Positions 1 through 20,400 of a DNA stretch of 64,000 nucleotides are shown piece by piece. Source of the DNA: Chrysomallon squamiferum (lineage: Eukaryota; Animalia; Mollusca). Each line of letters starts with the position of its first letter. The stretch's first letter is position 1. The notes beneath the pieces are model-generated. The model was not told the origin of the DNA, searched no databases, and worked only from the letters and a program-made list of their open reading frames with translations. The stretch is taken from NCBI GenBank assembly GCA_012295275.1, contig CM022665.1, positions 24,738,001 through 24,802,000 on the forward strand. Direction: 5' to 3'. The translations under genes and the position numbers were made by a program.

Positions 1-210
1 TCACAAGATCATTATATTAGACTGTATTTCTTAATTAAAGTATCTGCAATGAGAGTACAGTAAAAAAAAAATATTTTTCATAATTTGTTCTGAATGAAAA
101 ATGTATTCTGTTGGTTCAAAGATACTACTGTGTTGTCCAGATAAAGTGTAATACTGACATATGCTTAAAACAGTTAACAGTGAAGAAATTAAAAACTGAT
201 TTGCAAGAAG

Positions 211-242
<32 letters not shown>

Positions 243-460
243 ACATAAATATATAATTAAGATTTCAGGCAAAATGCTGTATATACCAAGTGTATTTTTT
301 CACCACAACACAGGATGTCTCTTTTACAAAATTTGATATCTCCTACATATATAACATAGTTAAAATAATCTTTTGAAGATGAAATGGAACAGCTATATAA
401 TAAAAAAGAATATATTGCAGTTTTCCCACTTGACTTCATAACTGAATGCTCATATTTCAG

Positions 461-6257
<5,797 letters not shown>

Positions 6258-6463
6258 GCCTTTTTCTGTGAAATCGGTGTGCTTTTTTGTTTTAATTTAG
6301 TTTTTCTTTTACTGTTTTGGTTGCTTTGAGGAATTTGGAAGAACTTAGTGGTGAAAAAAATAAGAACATTAAAAAAGAGATAGATAAAATAAATAATAGA
6401 AGAAAAAAAATCCAATCAAATTATTACAAAAATAAAAGTGATTTGAATTTAATCAAAATAAAC

Positions 6464-6504
<41 letters not shown>

Positions 6505-7661
6505 CAACTACATCAAAATTAACAACTCAGAATCAAATTATTAAAAAATATAAAAGTGAAATCATAAAATAAAGATCTACATGCACAAAAGCATGCATGC
6601 ACACACCCATGCATGCACACACACACAGGTCCTGATTTCTGGATGTAGGCTAAATTCTTATTTAAAATATAAAATAAACAATGAAAAATAAATTATGAAA
6701 CTGTGTTTACAAATCAGCACACTTACAAAGAAGGGTCTGTTTGATCTTTATTAATGAAGTTGTAGTTTTTAAAATACCTGCACAGAATATGTAAGTCACA
6801 TTTCTGCTAGTTTTTCAAACATGATAATAAATGAAAATGAGAGTAAACTGAAACAAATAATAACTTATTGTGAGATAATCACCTGTACACATCAACACTC
6901 TCATTTTTATATTGAAGAGTCTAAAACAATATGTGCCTAATTCAAGAGAGGCCAGTTTCAAAAGTAGTCTCTTTTATGAATTTTATAAATGGTTCGGTAC
7001 CTGTGCATGTTATTATAATTGTGTATGTATGTGTGTGTCTGTATATATATATATATATATATATATACTTAAACTTTAACAAAAACAGACCACTTTATAT
7101 TCAAAGTTCAGTTTTAGATTAAATTTAGGGTTCTTCTCAACTTGTGAATCATTTAAGAATTCATATTAACATTAATCAAATTTATATCTGTTTCTTCATT
7201 AACATTAAACTTAAACAATATAATTTATATTTTTAATGTTTTATTGGTGTTGGTTTTGTTTGCTTTTCAAATCATTTATTGGTAAAAGCTTTGTGAGGGG
7301 GGGAAAAAAAGAGCTTTCCAAAATGAAATTAATAATTATTTAGTGCTGTGTGTATTCAAACACAACAATATCAAAAAAAAAAAAAAAAAAAAAAAATTCA
7401 AACTATTTAGTTGCTGCAGATTACTGTCAAATGTCTTTAGGTTTTCTTCTTTGTTAAAAAAACTATTTTTGAAAATATTTTTTTTATAAAAGTAAAAAAT
7501 ATGTTAACCGTTATAAATTTGGGTTTCAATTATTTTAAATTACTTTGTCATATGAATGTTTTTATTCAGCAAGGCTGCCTGTTTAACAGTATATATTTTT
7601 TAAAATAAATTTTAAATTAAAAAAAAGAGAAAAAAAGGATTATTGATTTTGTCTCTTGCAG

Positions 7662-7686
7662 AAATCCTTCCAGGTCAGAATTATGA
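7662..7686 (+). CDS. QPCT: Candidate alternative terminal exon of QPCT giving ...GCKKNPSRSEL* (or a 12-nt microexon, 7662-7673)
   Basis: Donor GTGAGC at 6254 (phase 2) overlaps the apparent stop. Acceptor ttttgtctcttgcag at 7661 is phase-compatible. AATAAA at 7734 is followed by a GT/T-rich tract. Confidence 0.55.
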
Positions 7687-7733
7687 TCAAGCCATTAATC
7701 ATTTGAAATTTTAGCTGAATTTTATTAGTTTTA

Positions 7734-7739
7734 AATAAA
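7734..7739 (+). terminator. Polyadenylation signal AATAAA with a downstream GU/U-rich element
   Basis: AATAAA lies about 50 nt after the RSEL stop and is followed by tgttgtttttttgtgtttttttgctgtttg. Confidence 0.5.
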
Positions 7740-8445
7740 ATAGTGAAATATGTTGTTTTTTTGTGTTTTTTTTGCTGTTTGTAAAATTTTGTATCTTACA
7801 TAACCTAGAGTTTGCAAAAGAAAGAGGGACAAACAATATATATATATACCATTCTTTTTTAATAATGAATATTAAAGAACATGTATTTTATTTTGGAAAT
7901 GGCTAGTTTTAGTATATTAAAAGTTGTAATTAATTTGTAACATAATTAGCCTGTATAATGTCAAATAGATTGAATTTTTTCATGTATGATTTGTTTTATC
8001 TTTGTTTGTATGTGTACAAAAATGTGAATATTTTTTTTTTTTTTTTTTTTTAAACTCCAGCAAATTAATGTTCTCTAATAAAATTGGTAACAGAATTTAC
8101 TTTTTAATTAATTTTATAATTGTACTTTTTTTTTTATGAGAATAGTTTGGAGGAGGTATCAGAATACCTCAACCCATTATATAATATGCATCGAAGATCT
8201 TATTTAATTTTTTTAATTATTTGGTTAAAGACTGTAAAATTTATCTTGCACTTTTTTGAACAGGTAAAATATGTAAATATTATGACACTTACACTTCTTT
8301 ATTTTTTCTAATATGTGAGACTGTTATAAAAAGTAAAGCTCCTTTATAAGGAATGTTGGATGTGAAACTGAAATAATAATGTGTTGTGCTTAAAATGTGA
8401 ACTCTCTATCTGTTCCATGATGATGATGTATTTTGTTATTTTCAG

Positions 8446-8530
8446 ACTTGCCTCTCTAGAAGAAAGTGCAGAGACATTTGACATCCCTGATTATCTCTAT
8501 AAGTATGGGAAGGAACATAACACAGAATGA
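8446..8530 (+). CDS. QPCT: Candidate alternative terminal exon of QPCT (LASLEESAETFDIPDYLYKYGKEHNTE*)
   Basis: Strong acceptor ttttgttattttcag. In phase 2 the frame is open for 27 codons, compatible with the donors at 6254 and 7674. Composition is codon-like within very AT-rich surroundings. Confidence 0.5.
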
Positions 8531-8981
8531 AAACAGTGATTAAAGTTAAAGGATCATATCAAATTAAATGATTAGGTTCTCTCAGAAATAATACAAATCT
8601 TTATTTCTTTTTTTTTAATTTTTCTCTTTTCTAAATCAAGATTGTTCAAAAAATCATAGATGAAAAAGCAAAAGATATTTATAAATACTAAAACTGTACT
8701 ATATAAGTAAAATGGAAAAACCTTTTTTTTTTGTTTCACTCTGTTTAAATTGATAAAAGAAAAAAAAAAACATGATAGAATGCTTATTTGAACAAACATT
8801 TTGAGAGGAAAATAAAATATGGAATAACAATTAAAGAAGAATTTTTTTTGTTTTAATAAAATGGATAAAAATAAAACAAATTAAAATAATAAAACAAAAA
8901 ATAATTTATAGTATCTCCCTTAAAGAATTAAAACTTATTAATATATAAAAAATCAAATAAAACTTAAATAAATTAAAAAAT

Positions 8982-9049
8982 ATTTCACCCTTATGTAAAT
9001 GTATTAAAAGGATACATTTCACCCGTATGTAAATGTATTAAAAGGATAC
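8982..9049. repeat. 34-bp tandem duplication (2 copies, 1 mismatch)
   Basis: atttcacc(c)(t/g)tatgtaaatgtattaaaaggatac occurs twice. Confidence 0.9.
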
Positions 9050-9962
9050 TTTTAGTGGAGTATTTTAAATCACTGTTGTGTTGTGTTTTATGTATTCTTG
9101 ATGTTGTCTGTCTCTGCACCATCTGCTAGCTGTTGTTTTAGTTTTTTAGTACCAATTTTACACACTTAACTTTGTAAATAAATGTGGTCTGTGTCTAAAT
9201 TGCATCCCCTGTGAGTTGGAGAATATGTAGGGTGAGTATATGTTACAACCTCTAGAGGAATGACTTTATTTCCAATGGGGCTACTGTCCATTAATCAAAT
9301 GTATTTATAAGGAAAGAAACTAAAATATTTAAAATATTCTACATATGAAAGCTTTGATGTGTTCTGCAAAATTTAATTTGATAAATAAAAATTTTCGGCA
9401 GAAATTTAAGTTTTAAAAAAGAGTAAATTTCATATTATGGTTTGCAGGAAGACATGCAAATTATGAAACATTACAAAAAAATTCCATTTGAAAATGTCCA
9501 ACAGAAATGTCAATCTACAGATTAATGGATGGTGCTCTTTTCAGACTGATGAAGTTAATTCCACATCAGGGTATGACGTGGTATATTAATGTTGTAATTT
9601 CTGTGTTTTGATGTCGGTGAAGATTCCTGTGTGCACATATCATGATTTTTTTTTTTTCTGCTCACAGTGAAAGGTTCTGTAACACTGTGAAACACTTTGT
9701 TGTTTTTTTATTTATTTTTGAATTATTTAAAAACAAAATGTATATATTTTTCCAGTACTAACCATTGTAATTGATCTCAGCAATATCAGTGTAATCAAAA
9801 TTGCAGCAGAAAATTAAAACTTTATGACAGTTATTTTTCTATGGTTAGTATTCCAAATTTAAAAAATACAAAAAAAAAAAAAAAATAACCCATTATTTTT
9901 CGAGGTTACAATTGGAAACTTGTTAGTGATAAAAATTGCTGTGGAAATTACTACTGACAGCT

Positions 9963-9994
<32 letters not shown>

Positions 9995-10569
9995 TTTTTT
10001 ATTTACTTATTATTCTTTAATTATTTCTTCCATTGTCAGTTTTTAATTGCAGGATATGTATAACAAAATGGTGCCTTTTATTTTAAAGGAAAATCAAACA
10101 ATATTTTTTAAAAACATCATGCAAATATTTATTATTGTTAATGGTTAACTGCCATTCATTTCATACTGTATATCATTTTGGTAGAGATCATTTTAGCATT
10201 TTGTTTATGAAGAGGTCCAAGCACAGTGGTATCCACTGTGTAATTCATTAACTTGGCCAAACAATGGGATATTCATTTCTTTCATTGGTTGTAATACTTG
10301 ATGTGATGATATGAATGAATAGTCTAAAATTCTTTATACTTCAAAGTTATTATTTTATTGTTTTGTGCAACCTGTGCAACCTGTCATCACTCATAACAAA
10401 GTATGCCTGTAAAATGGTACCGTTAAAAAACATTTGAATACCATGATTTTTCTGCTTTACGATTTGATTGATATCACTGCATACAAAGTGGATTCATTGG
10501 TGTATTTTACTTATGCTAGAAGAACCATTTAAAGCAAATTGATTTGCTCCATAAAGAATGATGTAATAT

Positions 10570-10603
<34 letters not shown>

Positions 10604-13084
10604 TTTTGAGCTGATATTTTTAAACTACTGCTTTGTTATCAAACAAAACAAACTTGGAAGAATGTACAAGTATGTTTAGACTATTTCTTCATATCTCTAC
10701 AAGTACACTTTAATAACTGTACCTTTTACTTTTACCTTAAATCAACTTTCAATCTCATCTGTGTGACTTTTTAAGTTCACAATTTTTAAATTATTTTTCC
10801 TGATTTCCAAGCTCCTAGGGATTATTTTGATCGGTTAAATTTTAATGTGAAAAATATTCAAGAGCACACTTTTCTCAAATTCTTAATGTTTAGTTTGTTG
10901 ATTATTGACATATTGATCTGCTGTTCCATAAAAGAAATTTGATATGTCTCTTAATAATAAAATTTATGTTATTAATAATGTAATGGATTTATGGATTTGA
11001 TAGACGATGTAATCTAATAACTGAAATATTAATGATCTAATGTTAATGAAGGAATATAGGTACTAATTAAAATAATATTAGTGTGTGTATATGTGTGTCT
11101 ACACACACACACACACACATACATACACATATATGTATATATAATTACATTGTTAAAAATTAAATACTTTCTGCCAGTGACTTTTGAAATGTATTTTAAG
11201 TTTTAAAATGAATGTTATACTAGCAAGCCAGTAAGTTGATTTAAGAATAATTTGTTTTTTATTATTATTATTTTTAAATTTGGTTTTAAATTTATTTTTA
11301 AGGTTTTAGTAACAATGGTATATGGGTGTGCAAATATGTAAATAAAGGTAATTTAAAGATTTGTTGGTGGACATATTTTCTAAGTAGGATGACAGAGTTT
11401 GGATCAAGTTAACACAAAAAACATTATTTTATTTCTTTGTTACACTTGCAACTTGTTTCAAATGTAATATGATTTGCTCTTATGATCGCATTATTCCCTC
11501 GTCTGTGTATTCCCATATTAACATAATAATAATGATAATAATAATATAATGTATTTTGATTTGAATAGTTAACACTATGGGTATACAAGTATAATAATAA
11601 TAATCATAAAAAAATAAAAATCACTCCCCCCCAAAAAAAACACATAAATAACAAAAATCCCAAAACATTTGTTGATGGTTGTGGTTAAGTAAAACTAGAT
11701 ATATTTTAACTTACATGGCTAATGCTAATGGATGTTATTTTTATCAGTTGTAATATCTTCCATGCAATTGTCTGTAGATTTATTTGATGCATTTTCTTGT
11801 TTACTATAGTTATATTTTTAATTATATGACAATATGTTATTTTCATCATTTGGAAATGATGGCAAAGTAATATATATATATATATATATAAAAATAAACA
11901 TACGTTTATTATTGATCGTAATAAAAAAGATATTTTGTTTTTTTCAGTGTTTTTAAATTTTTTTCACAAACTACACTTGAATTTATTCTGGTGTGGTTTG
12001 TTGTACATACGGTAAGTTAGTTGTGTTAATTTTGGTAATAGTCTTGGAATAATTTAGTTAACATTATTATATTTAAATATTGGTTTCTTGTTTTAATTTT
12101 GGGGGTGCATACAAAATAGTTATGACTGTTTAAGAACTCTTTTTTTTTAAATTTATTTCTGAAACAACAAATAGTTTTAAAACCTCTTTTTTACCTAAAT
12201 TATTAACCTCTAATGAAAAACACAGGAAGCTGAAACAAACAATCATTTGTTTTCTTTGACTAATTTGGGACTGGTCAGCCATATGCTTTTCCTCTGAGGG
12301 CAGAGTACTTGCCCTCATTACACGTCTTTTTTTTTTTTTTCATTGTGCCATTAAAAATGAAAAAAAACACCACTTCTAATTTCCCATCAGAAGAATGAAA
12401 ACGAACAAATATAATTAAACATTTGGATAAATGTAACAAGAATGTTTAGATTTAATTATTGATACGTAACTAAAATTTAGATATAAAATTATCTTATTAA
12501 AAATATTAGACTGATTAGCTGTTTTAGATATAAATGTCAAGTGTATATCCAAATGTTGCAGTTTGTGAAATGTTTTAATATTCACATCAACATTTTTTGT
12601 AATGAAAACCATCTACACCAGGTTTGTAACACCTGTTAACATCAGACTGTTGTTATGAACATCTGTTCTGTAATGGACCATTGATTGCATGAATCTCAAA
12701 AAGTGTTAAGCAACATGACAACACTAACATTCACTGTAACAGATATACATCTGATTTTCAACAGAGGCACTCTACGTTTTACAGTAGCTCCCCAGTATAT
12801 TAATAAATTTAGTGTACATGTATGTGTCTCTCTACTTATGAACATGTCATTATATAAGCACAAATTTAAAATAATTTTTGTTTTAGCTATACTTGAATAC
12901 TGTCAGTAATCATAAAAGTAAGCAAACATAGGCCTACTCTAAAATGTCTTTGATCTTTTTTTTTATGTAGTGTACATTTTGCATACTGAGTATGAATAAA
13001 CATGCAGTTTTATGTCTGAACAGTGACAGCAGATATTAAAGTTCTTGTACAGCTGTGATTCATGACTTGAGAAAACATTTACTG

Positions 13085-13165
13085 ATTAGCAGCAAGGACT
13101 CTTTTACCTGAACCATCACACAGTGTTTGAACAGTCGGTAATGCAGTACTGGGTGGAATGGGTTA
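13085..13165 (-). mobile_element. Possible degenerate tRNA-derived SINE relic
   Basis: ttagcagcaagg..cttttac....accatcacacag and cagtactgggtggaatggg loosely resemble the segment at 54170-54356. Recognised only by resemblance to molluscan SINE bodies. Confidence 0.3.
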
Positions 13166-14854
13166 TAATTCATATAGGTTTAGTAAACACTGAGGATTCT
13201 CCGACACATCAAAGGACAGACCTTTATTAAAATACCACACTTGATTCAAAATAAACAACAACAACAACAACAAAAAAACCACATCATGCATTTAATGGAA
13301 ACATTAATTTGTATTAATATCATAATGACCGTACAAAAATATTGTTAAAGGTACTAAGTGTACCTGTGATAGTTCTGTACCAAATATGCAAAACGGTATA
13401 AAAGCAGTTTATGAAAGACAAACATCTTTTATCAGATATAAAACATTTTTTAAACAGAGAATTCAGTTCTGAACTAATAACAACTGTATGTAAATATATT
13501 CCCCGACAAAACATTATGTAATGCCTAGTTAAATATGAAAATAAAAGATCGATTTGACAATATCCTTAAAAGATTTAATATGCTATTAAACCTGCATCAT
13601 CTGGTAACACAATAAATGAATAAAGATTAGGTGTATTAGTTTTCTGCTCTTAAATACAATACCAGAAAATGAGATGCACATGATGCTCATTGGCAGTAAA
13701 ATAAAATCAGTGTTTTTTGTTACGTAGTAATTGGCTTTCATACAATAGGCAGCCACTGTGAGGATAAACCTGTTCTTACATGACACTGATCAAATGAGAC
13801 TATTTATCTAACATTATATCTGGTCCTCAACCATGTACATAGTCAAAGAACAGTAGTTAAGAAACATACTAATAACATCATTAAATAAAACTATCTTCCT
13901 TTTTTCATATTTTTACATAGAGTACTGCTATTTAAGAATCTGAACAATTTTATGCTTATATTGCAATTATGGAAGACACCTAATTCACATCTGTTCTATG
14001 TTACAAAGTAAATTCAATATTATATCAAACATACAATGTTTTCTAAGGGGTACATTATACTTAAAGGTAGATAACTCTTATCGATTTGGAGCATTGTCAG
14101 GTAAGGGTGTGTTTTCTGGATAAATGTTTATGAACACATTAAATCATGTAAAGGATGTTGCCAGATAATATATGTTTGTGTGCTTTCAAGCTAAATAATC
14201 TTGCCACAAACAAGTAATCACTGAATTGTTTCCTGTGAATATTTTACATCAGAAACAAATATATTATTTTAAAAATACATGAATTTTAGCATAAATGTAA
14301 TTTATCTTTTTTAATCTACGACTCTCGTGTACAAAAACCAATCACTAAACAATATTTTTGTAAAAGACTGAATGATAACCGAGATGTTTATCTATCTTTA
14401 TGCTGTATAAAATATTATAAAACCTAAAATAAGTCTGAGTTGTTGTGAAATTACCAAATTCACATTACAGAATTTAAGTATCACTTAGTATGTATCTCCA
14501 GGTTAATCATCGATGTAGGCTACATGAAACAAGCACTAGCAAATATTGAAATAGCACCTTTAAGCAATTTTAAACAACTGACTTCATTACATATTTAGGA
14601 AGTATGTTATAAATGAATTTCATGTATGCAATAAATTTTAAATGATATTTAACTTTTGAAGCATATGAAATGAATATTTTTATTTAAAATTTAAAATAAA
14701 AACCCACACACAAAGCAAGATGATAAAATTGTATGCAATATAGTGTCAGTATGTGCTTGGGCAGTTTAAAATTTTAATAACTTGTGATCTATGTATGACT
14801 GATCTGTAAAAAGGCTAAGGCTATGGCTAAGAGAAAAGAATTTTTGGATTTTTA

Positions 14855-15010
14855 AATATATTTATTGCAGAGATTCTTTATTTTCAACATGACCACTGAC
14901 ATTATGGTACAAGTGAAAATCAGCTACAAAATGTATTTCAAGAACTTCAGAGTTGTATCATAATGACAGTGGTCATGTTGAAAATTAAGAATCTCAACAA
15001 TGAATATATT
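14855..15010. repeat. Inverted repeat / hairpin with 58-bp arms (6 mismatches) and a 40-nt loop
   Basis: Arm 14855-14912 is the reverse complement of 14953-15010 (core ttttcaacatgaccactg / cagtggtcatgttgaaaa). Confidence 0.9.
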
Positions 15011-16876
15011 AATGATTTTATAATGATCCTGCATGTACCAGATTAGAACAAAACCCCAACAACTTCTGAACAATTAAAAAGTTCAAATTATGTATTTGTC
15101 CCTGGCCAATCAAACTTTAGGTGCAACAATAACAAACTTTGACAAGAATATATCAACCTAAGTACACTTCGTTTTTATGTAAAAAATGAAATACATAAAG
15201 AAAAATTTAAAACTTTTAAAAACTTATCTGAAAGACGATATCATTTGATTTAAGTAATACTAATAATTTATTTTAGCACATTTTTAAAGTAAGTTTTACA
15301 AAATAAGAAAATATTCTCTGAAGATAGATAACCAGCATTACAATCGTTAAATCAGTAACATGATCAGGTGCATAGAAACATCACTTTTTGACAATATGTG
15401 AAAACACAATTTGGCTTCTTTAAGTCCACTTGTGAATTTGAATGGGTGCAAAACGAAAAAAAAACAACTAACAAATAATGGTTAAAAAACAATAGCTTAA
15501 ATCATTTAAAACATCTGACAGAACATTAACACTGATTAAAACAACTTTTTATCCTAACAACACAGGACAGATCTAATTAAAAAATGTTTGGATGTCAACT
15601 TACAGTACAGAAATAAAAACCAAATGATTAGTATTAAAGGTCTGTGTATCTATGTAACATAGGAGAAAATGAATTTCTATCTGTAGTTCATCCAATATAC
15701 TCTGGCATAACTTATATCATGTACATGTACATAAAGCAACAATGAAATGATTTTAAAAAATTTCATACAATAAAGCAAATGTTTGATAATAAATTAAGCC
15801 ATTTTAACAGTATACTGAATACTGGAAACAAATTTACACCCGCAAACATGCACACGCACACACACAAAAAACATCTACAGAGCACAACTGCTTTAGCTTA
15901 AAAAATAAATATGTATTTATGTACAAATGTTATAATTTACATAAAAAGACGTATAGTAAAAATACTAAAATTGATACAATTCATTAACAGTTCTTTGTTA
16001 TCTTAACAAAGTGAATATATTAAAACTTGGCATATTTTGTTTTGTAACAATAATATAAATATAAGACACCACAAACATCAATGATATGCAGATTTTCTAT
16101 TGAAACATTCATGAAGATATTTTGATTTCTATTTATTCCAGTATTTTGTTAACATTTTAACGTGATACAAATTAACAATTTTTAATAGAACTGGAGTAAC
16201 AGGCAGCATCAACACCCTTTGGTTCTGCAGCAAATTTTGTATTAAGACTATGTATCTTGGTTTCTGCACAGTAAGTGAAAAATAAGTTTGTTACCAGAAC
16301 TCATAAAAATCATGAAAATGTTTTGGAATGGTTCATTTCTGTGTTTTGTATTTTACTTATTTTGACAAATGACAGTATCCAATATGAATACTTTATTATA
16401 ACGGTCATTGTGAGTATGCACTGTAGATAACTATAAAATGTATCTATACCAGCCATATTAGATTTGTTTTTGTTTTGTTCCCAGTACTGTGACCTTTGAC
16501 AAATAATACCACGAATGAACATTTTCCGGCCATCAAAACTGCTAATGAAACTTAAAAACTTCCCTTTTAACATAAACTGTGCTTAATAAATATTTATACC
16601 TAATATGTGCCTATTTGATGACATGCTTGTTATATATACACAAATAATTTGTGGACCTCTGAAATTTAAAACTTCCTGGCTGCCAACATACAAGTGTGAT
16701 ATACAATGCATACAAAAATTTAACAGCACAACTAACAATGTTCAAATGCATAAATGAAAGAACAACGATGTGATGATGTAACATGAGATTCCTGACTTCC
16801 TTTTCTGCTGCTATGGTAAGTATAATATTCAATTAAGTACTCTTACAAGAAGAAGTGATCAGAAGCATGATGAAAT

Positions 16877-16908
<32 letters not shown>

Positions 16909-17466
16909 AAATTTGACATCAGTCATTAAGCTGTGATGACAGACCTATGCAAAACAGGAAAAGATTCATGGGTTATGTTAAGTCTGAATGGGACATCTCA
17001 GTTTATCAACAATATATTCATCTGATTCTTACTTGAACACATTTTAATCTAGATCATTACATATTTTGCACTGAGTGATTCTAAAGCCAAGCCCAGTTAC
17101 ATCCTCTGACTCATGACTGGATCTCAGTACTTTCTCAAAGGATGTCAGATGAATTCAGTTAGATAGCAAAAACCTGCCTTTTAAATTCAGCCATATGCCC
17201 AAAGACTGTTGGCCGAGTGCAATTTCATTCTGAAAGAGTTGAAAATTATTTTATGCATTTGAAACATACTGATTGAATCCAGTTACTTATTCAGCTTGTA
17301 TTAACTGAATCACCCGAAAGCTACTGACTGAATTCATTTAACTTTCCAAGACTGATGCTCAAAGCCTGCTCACTGAAATCAGACGTACTCATCAACTTTG
17401 ATCAACCCTTGAAAAGTTTTGTCAAAGGAACATGGTACCTCAGTCACTATGCATTTTGACTGAAAT

Positions 17467-20400
17467 CTATTTTCGAGATTTCTTAGCTGGAGGCTGCACT
17501 ACTTCCAACATTCCAGGTTCTGTAGAAGCTAACTGTAAAACCTGAAATTTAAAATCAAGAATATTTGAAATATAAAAGCGTTAAGTAAAAGGAACTTCTT
17601 TAAGGTAAAAAATATATTTACAAATAATACATGTATCAATATGCCATAGTGTACTGTTATTAATTATAATGAATTTAAGAGATAGTGAATTAATAAATTA
17701 ATGTTTTAATAATAAAAACTGGTTTATAATAAAAACTGGTTTATAATAAATATAATGTATTAATATATTACTGTGAAGTATTTAACATAAAACACATGAA
17801 TAAATGTGCTCTTTTCTACATATGCTCTAACTATATTAATATTTGAGTAACTAACACATGAAAATCAAACTAAGATAAAACATTTTATTATCAAACATCT
17901 GGCTTAGATTAGTTTTTAGTTGTTATCCTGTGACAAGGGCAAATGTTTCAGATTCAGTTTCAGCTGTTAGTCTTCACCCTGATGTTCATACCTTGAGTAA
18001 TGGGCTAATACAGCTAAAACATAATCCCTGTTCTACCCAAAATTACAACAAAATATAATTATGATAGTCACAGAAATCCCATACTTACATGAGCACTTCC
18101 ATTTCCAGCTATTGACACAGGCACAGGAATAAGAATTTGAGTTCCTGAAATAGGTATCACATCACAAACTAGTTCAAGTAGAAGAAGTTTAAAATATTTT
18201 AATACAATAATAAAATTAATATGGATATAAATTATAAATACAGTCAAACTTGGATAGATTGAGTGTTGATATCTCAAGAACCACTGTCAAGCTGAATGTC
18301 TGGTTCCAGTTTAGTTCCTTTATAACTAGGTAATAATTAGTAAATGTGACCTTCAAATGTCAAAAATCTTTATTTATTCAGTCATTTATGGTCCCAGACT
18401 TCAGATTTAATAGAGATTAGCCTTCAAAGTGGTGGAAATCGAGCTACTGTTTCAGTTTGTAAATACAGAACAATGAGTTGTTGATTAAATATGCCTTCCT
18501 CGATCAACTGTGTTTTGGAGTTTTGAGCTTCTTTACATAATACATAATTACAGACAGACTTCAAACAACTTTCTGAGTTAAGTGATAAAGTTCACTGAAT
18601 GATGTTTGTTTTGGTTATAACATGCTATTTGCTATTTAAATGCCAGTTATTGTTTACACATCTTTTGAAATATGAACATTCTCACTAAATGTTAACAAGT
18701 TTATTTGAAATTTCAGACCCTGAAATGAAAGACAATTTCTTTAAGAAACTATGCACATGGTAATATATGTACATGTATGTATTGTCTGTTGTTGTTTACT
18801 TAGTTTACCAAATACACATGACTATTACTTGCAGTATGAATGTACATTACTATTCCATCTGAACTGCAGTAAATATATGAAATCTGAATATTCAAACACT
18901 ACAAAACATGAGCTGTTTTTGCCGACCCTTTCCATCTTGACTTATCAAAGTCTCGCTTATTGATAATAACAATAAAATGCATGGACACACGCAGTCACTA
19001 CAAACTCACACACACAAACACAGCCAGATAAAAATCTGATTACACAAATCTGATTATACAAATGTTTGTGGTAACAAGTAACAATCAAAGTTAAGAAACA
19101 GAAGTCCTTGTTGGAAGGGAGATAACTCATAAAATATTATTATACTTAATATGATGACACCGACAACAATTTAAAAAAACTAGTGAACTATAAACATTAC
19201 AGAACCAGAAGTCACTATTGTGCATGACTGTTCATGGCCATAACTAAATTGAGGCGAATGCCTCATACCAAAATTGACAATTTTATTTTCATACAAAGAT
19301 TTTATTTAAAAAATATAAAATATAAATGGCTAGAATTGAGGATTTTGCGTCTTTCAAGTTGGAGCTTAAGACACCCAGACCTCTTGCCCAATTAATTTGG
19401 GCTCCGCTTCGCAATCAAGTGTTTTTGCCTCATTTCAAAAAGTATAGTTATTACCAAGCTGTTAGAAAAATGGTGATAAAAGAAAACATACCAGCCTGCT
19501 GATCAGTTTGTGGTACAGATATAGCTGTTGCTGGTTGCTGGAAGTTGAAAATGTTTCTGTCTTGAAGTGTTGCTGTTGGTGTGGCATACACAACTCCCTG
19601 TGGTGTCTGATACATCACCAGACCTGGAGTTGTCAATACACCACCACTGGATGATGCAGCTGAAAATAAAAAAATAAAAATTATAGAAAAGGTCTGCTGT
19701 GCATTGATGACACACCTACTTACAATTATGCTGCCATGCCACGATCTTGGATTACAAAAAATATACATTACAGTTTATTAGTATTTTTCGGGAGAAAAAA
19801 AGAAAACATTAAGTAAAAATGGTATTACTAAACTCATTTCAGTTCTGTAGATTATACAAAACTAAGAACAGTGAAAGATCCATGTAAAAGAAAGAAAAAT
19901 TGCACCAATATGTGAACTAAAACCAAAATGCAAAAAAAAAAAAAAAAAAAATAATAATAATAATAATAAAATAAAATGAAGAAAAAAAAGCATATAGAAA
20001 TTTTAACACTGGACTATGTGCTTTAATAAAACTACACAGTTAAAGTGTAATGATTTTTACACTGGAGTACATGCACTCATGTAGTACTGTGTTTTTACAA
20101 TGGACTGCAAGTAGTCGTACAAGATCAAAATTAATGGTTTTATGACTGGACTTTATGCAGCAATGGATAACTTTAGATGCTGGTCAAATAGCTTACCAGA
20201 GACTAAACTAAGATTAGTAGGTATCCCACTGAGAGAAACAATGGATGAAGACTGTTGTGTGTTATCACTGGTGCTAGGCTGACTGGAAGGCAGGCCTGAA
20301 ATAGCACAACCGAACTTCGTTTTAAAATGGACATTAAAGTCTCCCCATCTTTGTAAAAAAACAGCCTAAATATATTCTGAACATAAAACAAAGGATTCTG

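Noticed and set aside
17000-17460. Frequent CTGA/TCAG words just after the SRF stop; possible readthrough or hidden repeat
   Set aside because: No consistent period, and all frames close quickly.
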